Below are positions 63,373 through 64,000 of a DNA stretch of 64,000 bases, piece by piece (within the stretch, counting starts at the first letter, position 1; every line of letters starts with the position of its first letter). Under the pieces are notes generated by a model. The model did not search any database, had not been told where the DNA came from, and saw only the letters and a program-made list of their open reading frames with translations. The position numbers were made by a program, and so were the translations under genes. This DNA is from Candidatus Latescibacterota bacterium (GTDB lineage Bacteria > Latescibacterota > UBA2968), in NCBI GenBank assembly GCA_965198115.1, contig OZ240241.1, positions 6,336,001 to 6,400,000 on the forward strand. Direction: 5' to 3'.

Positions 63373-64000
63373 TTAGGATGATTCGAACTGGCGCGCGGCT
63401 CGGCGGGTTAAATAGACGAAGAGGGCCAACAGTACCAGTGAAAGCAGCAGCTCCCAGGACGGGTGCTCTCGATCGAGCAGGACGCGCCAGTCCTGCAACT
63501 GGCTGCCGATATAGGTGGCAAGGAGCGTTCGGGGCAACAGGCCGACATAGGAGAACAACCAGATCCTGGCCGATGTCAGCGGCAGGCGGGCACAGACAAG
63601 ATTGGTGAGTGCGAAGGGCATGTGCGGCGACAGGCGCAGCAGAGCGACGGCGGTGGGCAGAAAGGAGCCGGCGGTGTGGACCAGGCGCTGGTAGGTGGCC
63701 CACCAGCCCGCCTTTCGCTGCAGTAACACCTCGAGGAAGTTGGTGCTGAAGAGGTGCCCCAAACCCAGCCCCGGACGGTGGCCCAGGCCAGCCCGGGAAC
63801 GGTGGCGAGATAGGGCCAGGCTCCCGGTAGCAGATAGCCGCAGACCGCCCCTAGGAAAAAGGACGGTAGCAAGGCCAGGCCGACGGCGCTACCGCCGACG
63901 AGGACCAGCCCCAAAGCCAGGAGCGGAGGCGCGATATTCTCGAGAAGGTGGAGGTAGGCGGGGGCAGTCAGCCCGACCAGGGTCATTCCCACCAGGGGGC
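63373..64000 (-). CDS. VTT/DedA (TVP38) family membrane protein (partial; frameshift near 63760)
   Basis: LALLPSFFL, LLRLSPHMPFALTN, GLLPRTLL. Confidence 0.8.

Noticed and set aside
34614-63992. Single-base frameshifts in PQQ, sulfotransferase, sialidase, PhyH, VOC and VTT genes as programmed recoding or phase variation
   Set aside because: They are scattered with no shared slippery motif and cannot be distinguished from long-read indel errors without reads.
1-64000. rRNA, tRNA, reverse transcriptase (DGR, retron, group II intron) or integron integrase
   Set aside because: No supporting motifs were seen in the sequence or the ORF track.

Overview
GC-rich bacterial DNA; the expansion of PhyH dioxygenases, BNR/sialidase-like propellers and Gfo/Idh/MocA genes resembles Latescibacterota/Poribacteria-type genomes (inference only). 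1-16 kb holds citrate synthase, a MarR regulator, an apparently intact Cus-type RND copper/silver efflux operon and a decaying Czc-type RND operon. Each efflux operon is preceded by a small Cys-rich ORF, and there are clear ArsR/SmtB-type and MerR-type operators. 16-64 kb is a rearranged mosaic of catabolic genes, gene stumps and IS elements (IS630 x2 plus a fragment, IS256, IS1182, IS1380, ISAzo13, IS3 fragment), with integron-like attC/attI remnants. The most notable signal is seven co-oriented IS91/ISCR-like oriIS ends in two families with no intact transposase, sitting at module junctions and cutting through genes. This suggests non-autonomous rolling-circle elements assembled the mosaic. 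Many single-base frameshifts may be sequencing errors. No rRNA, tRNA or CRISPR array was seen.
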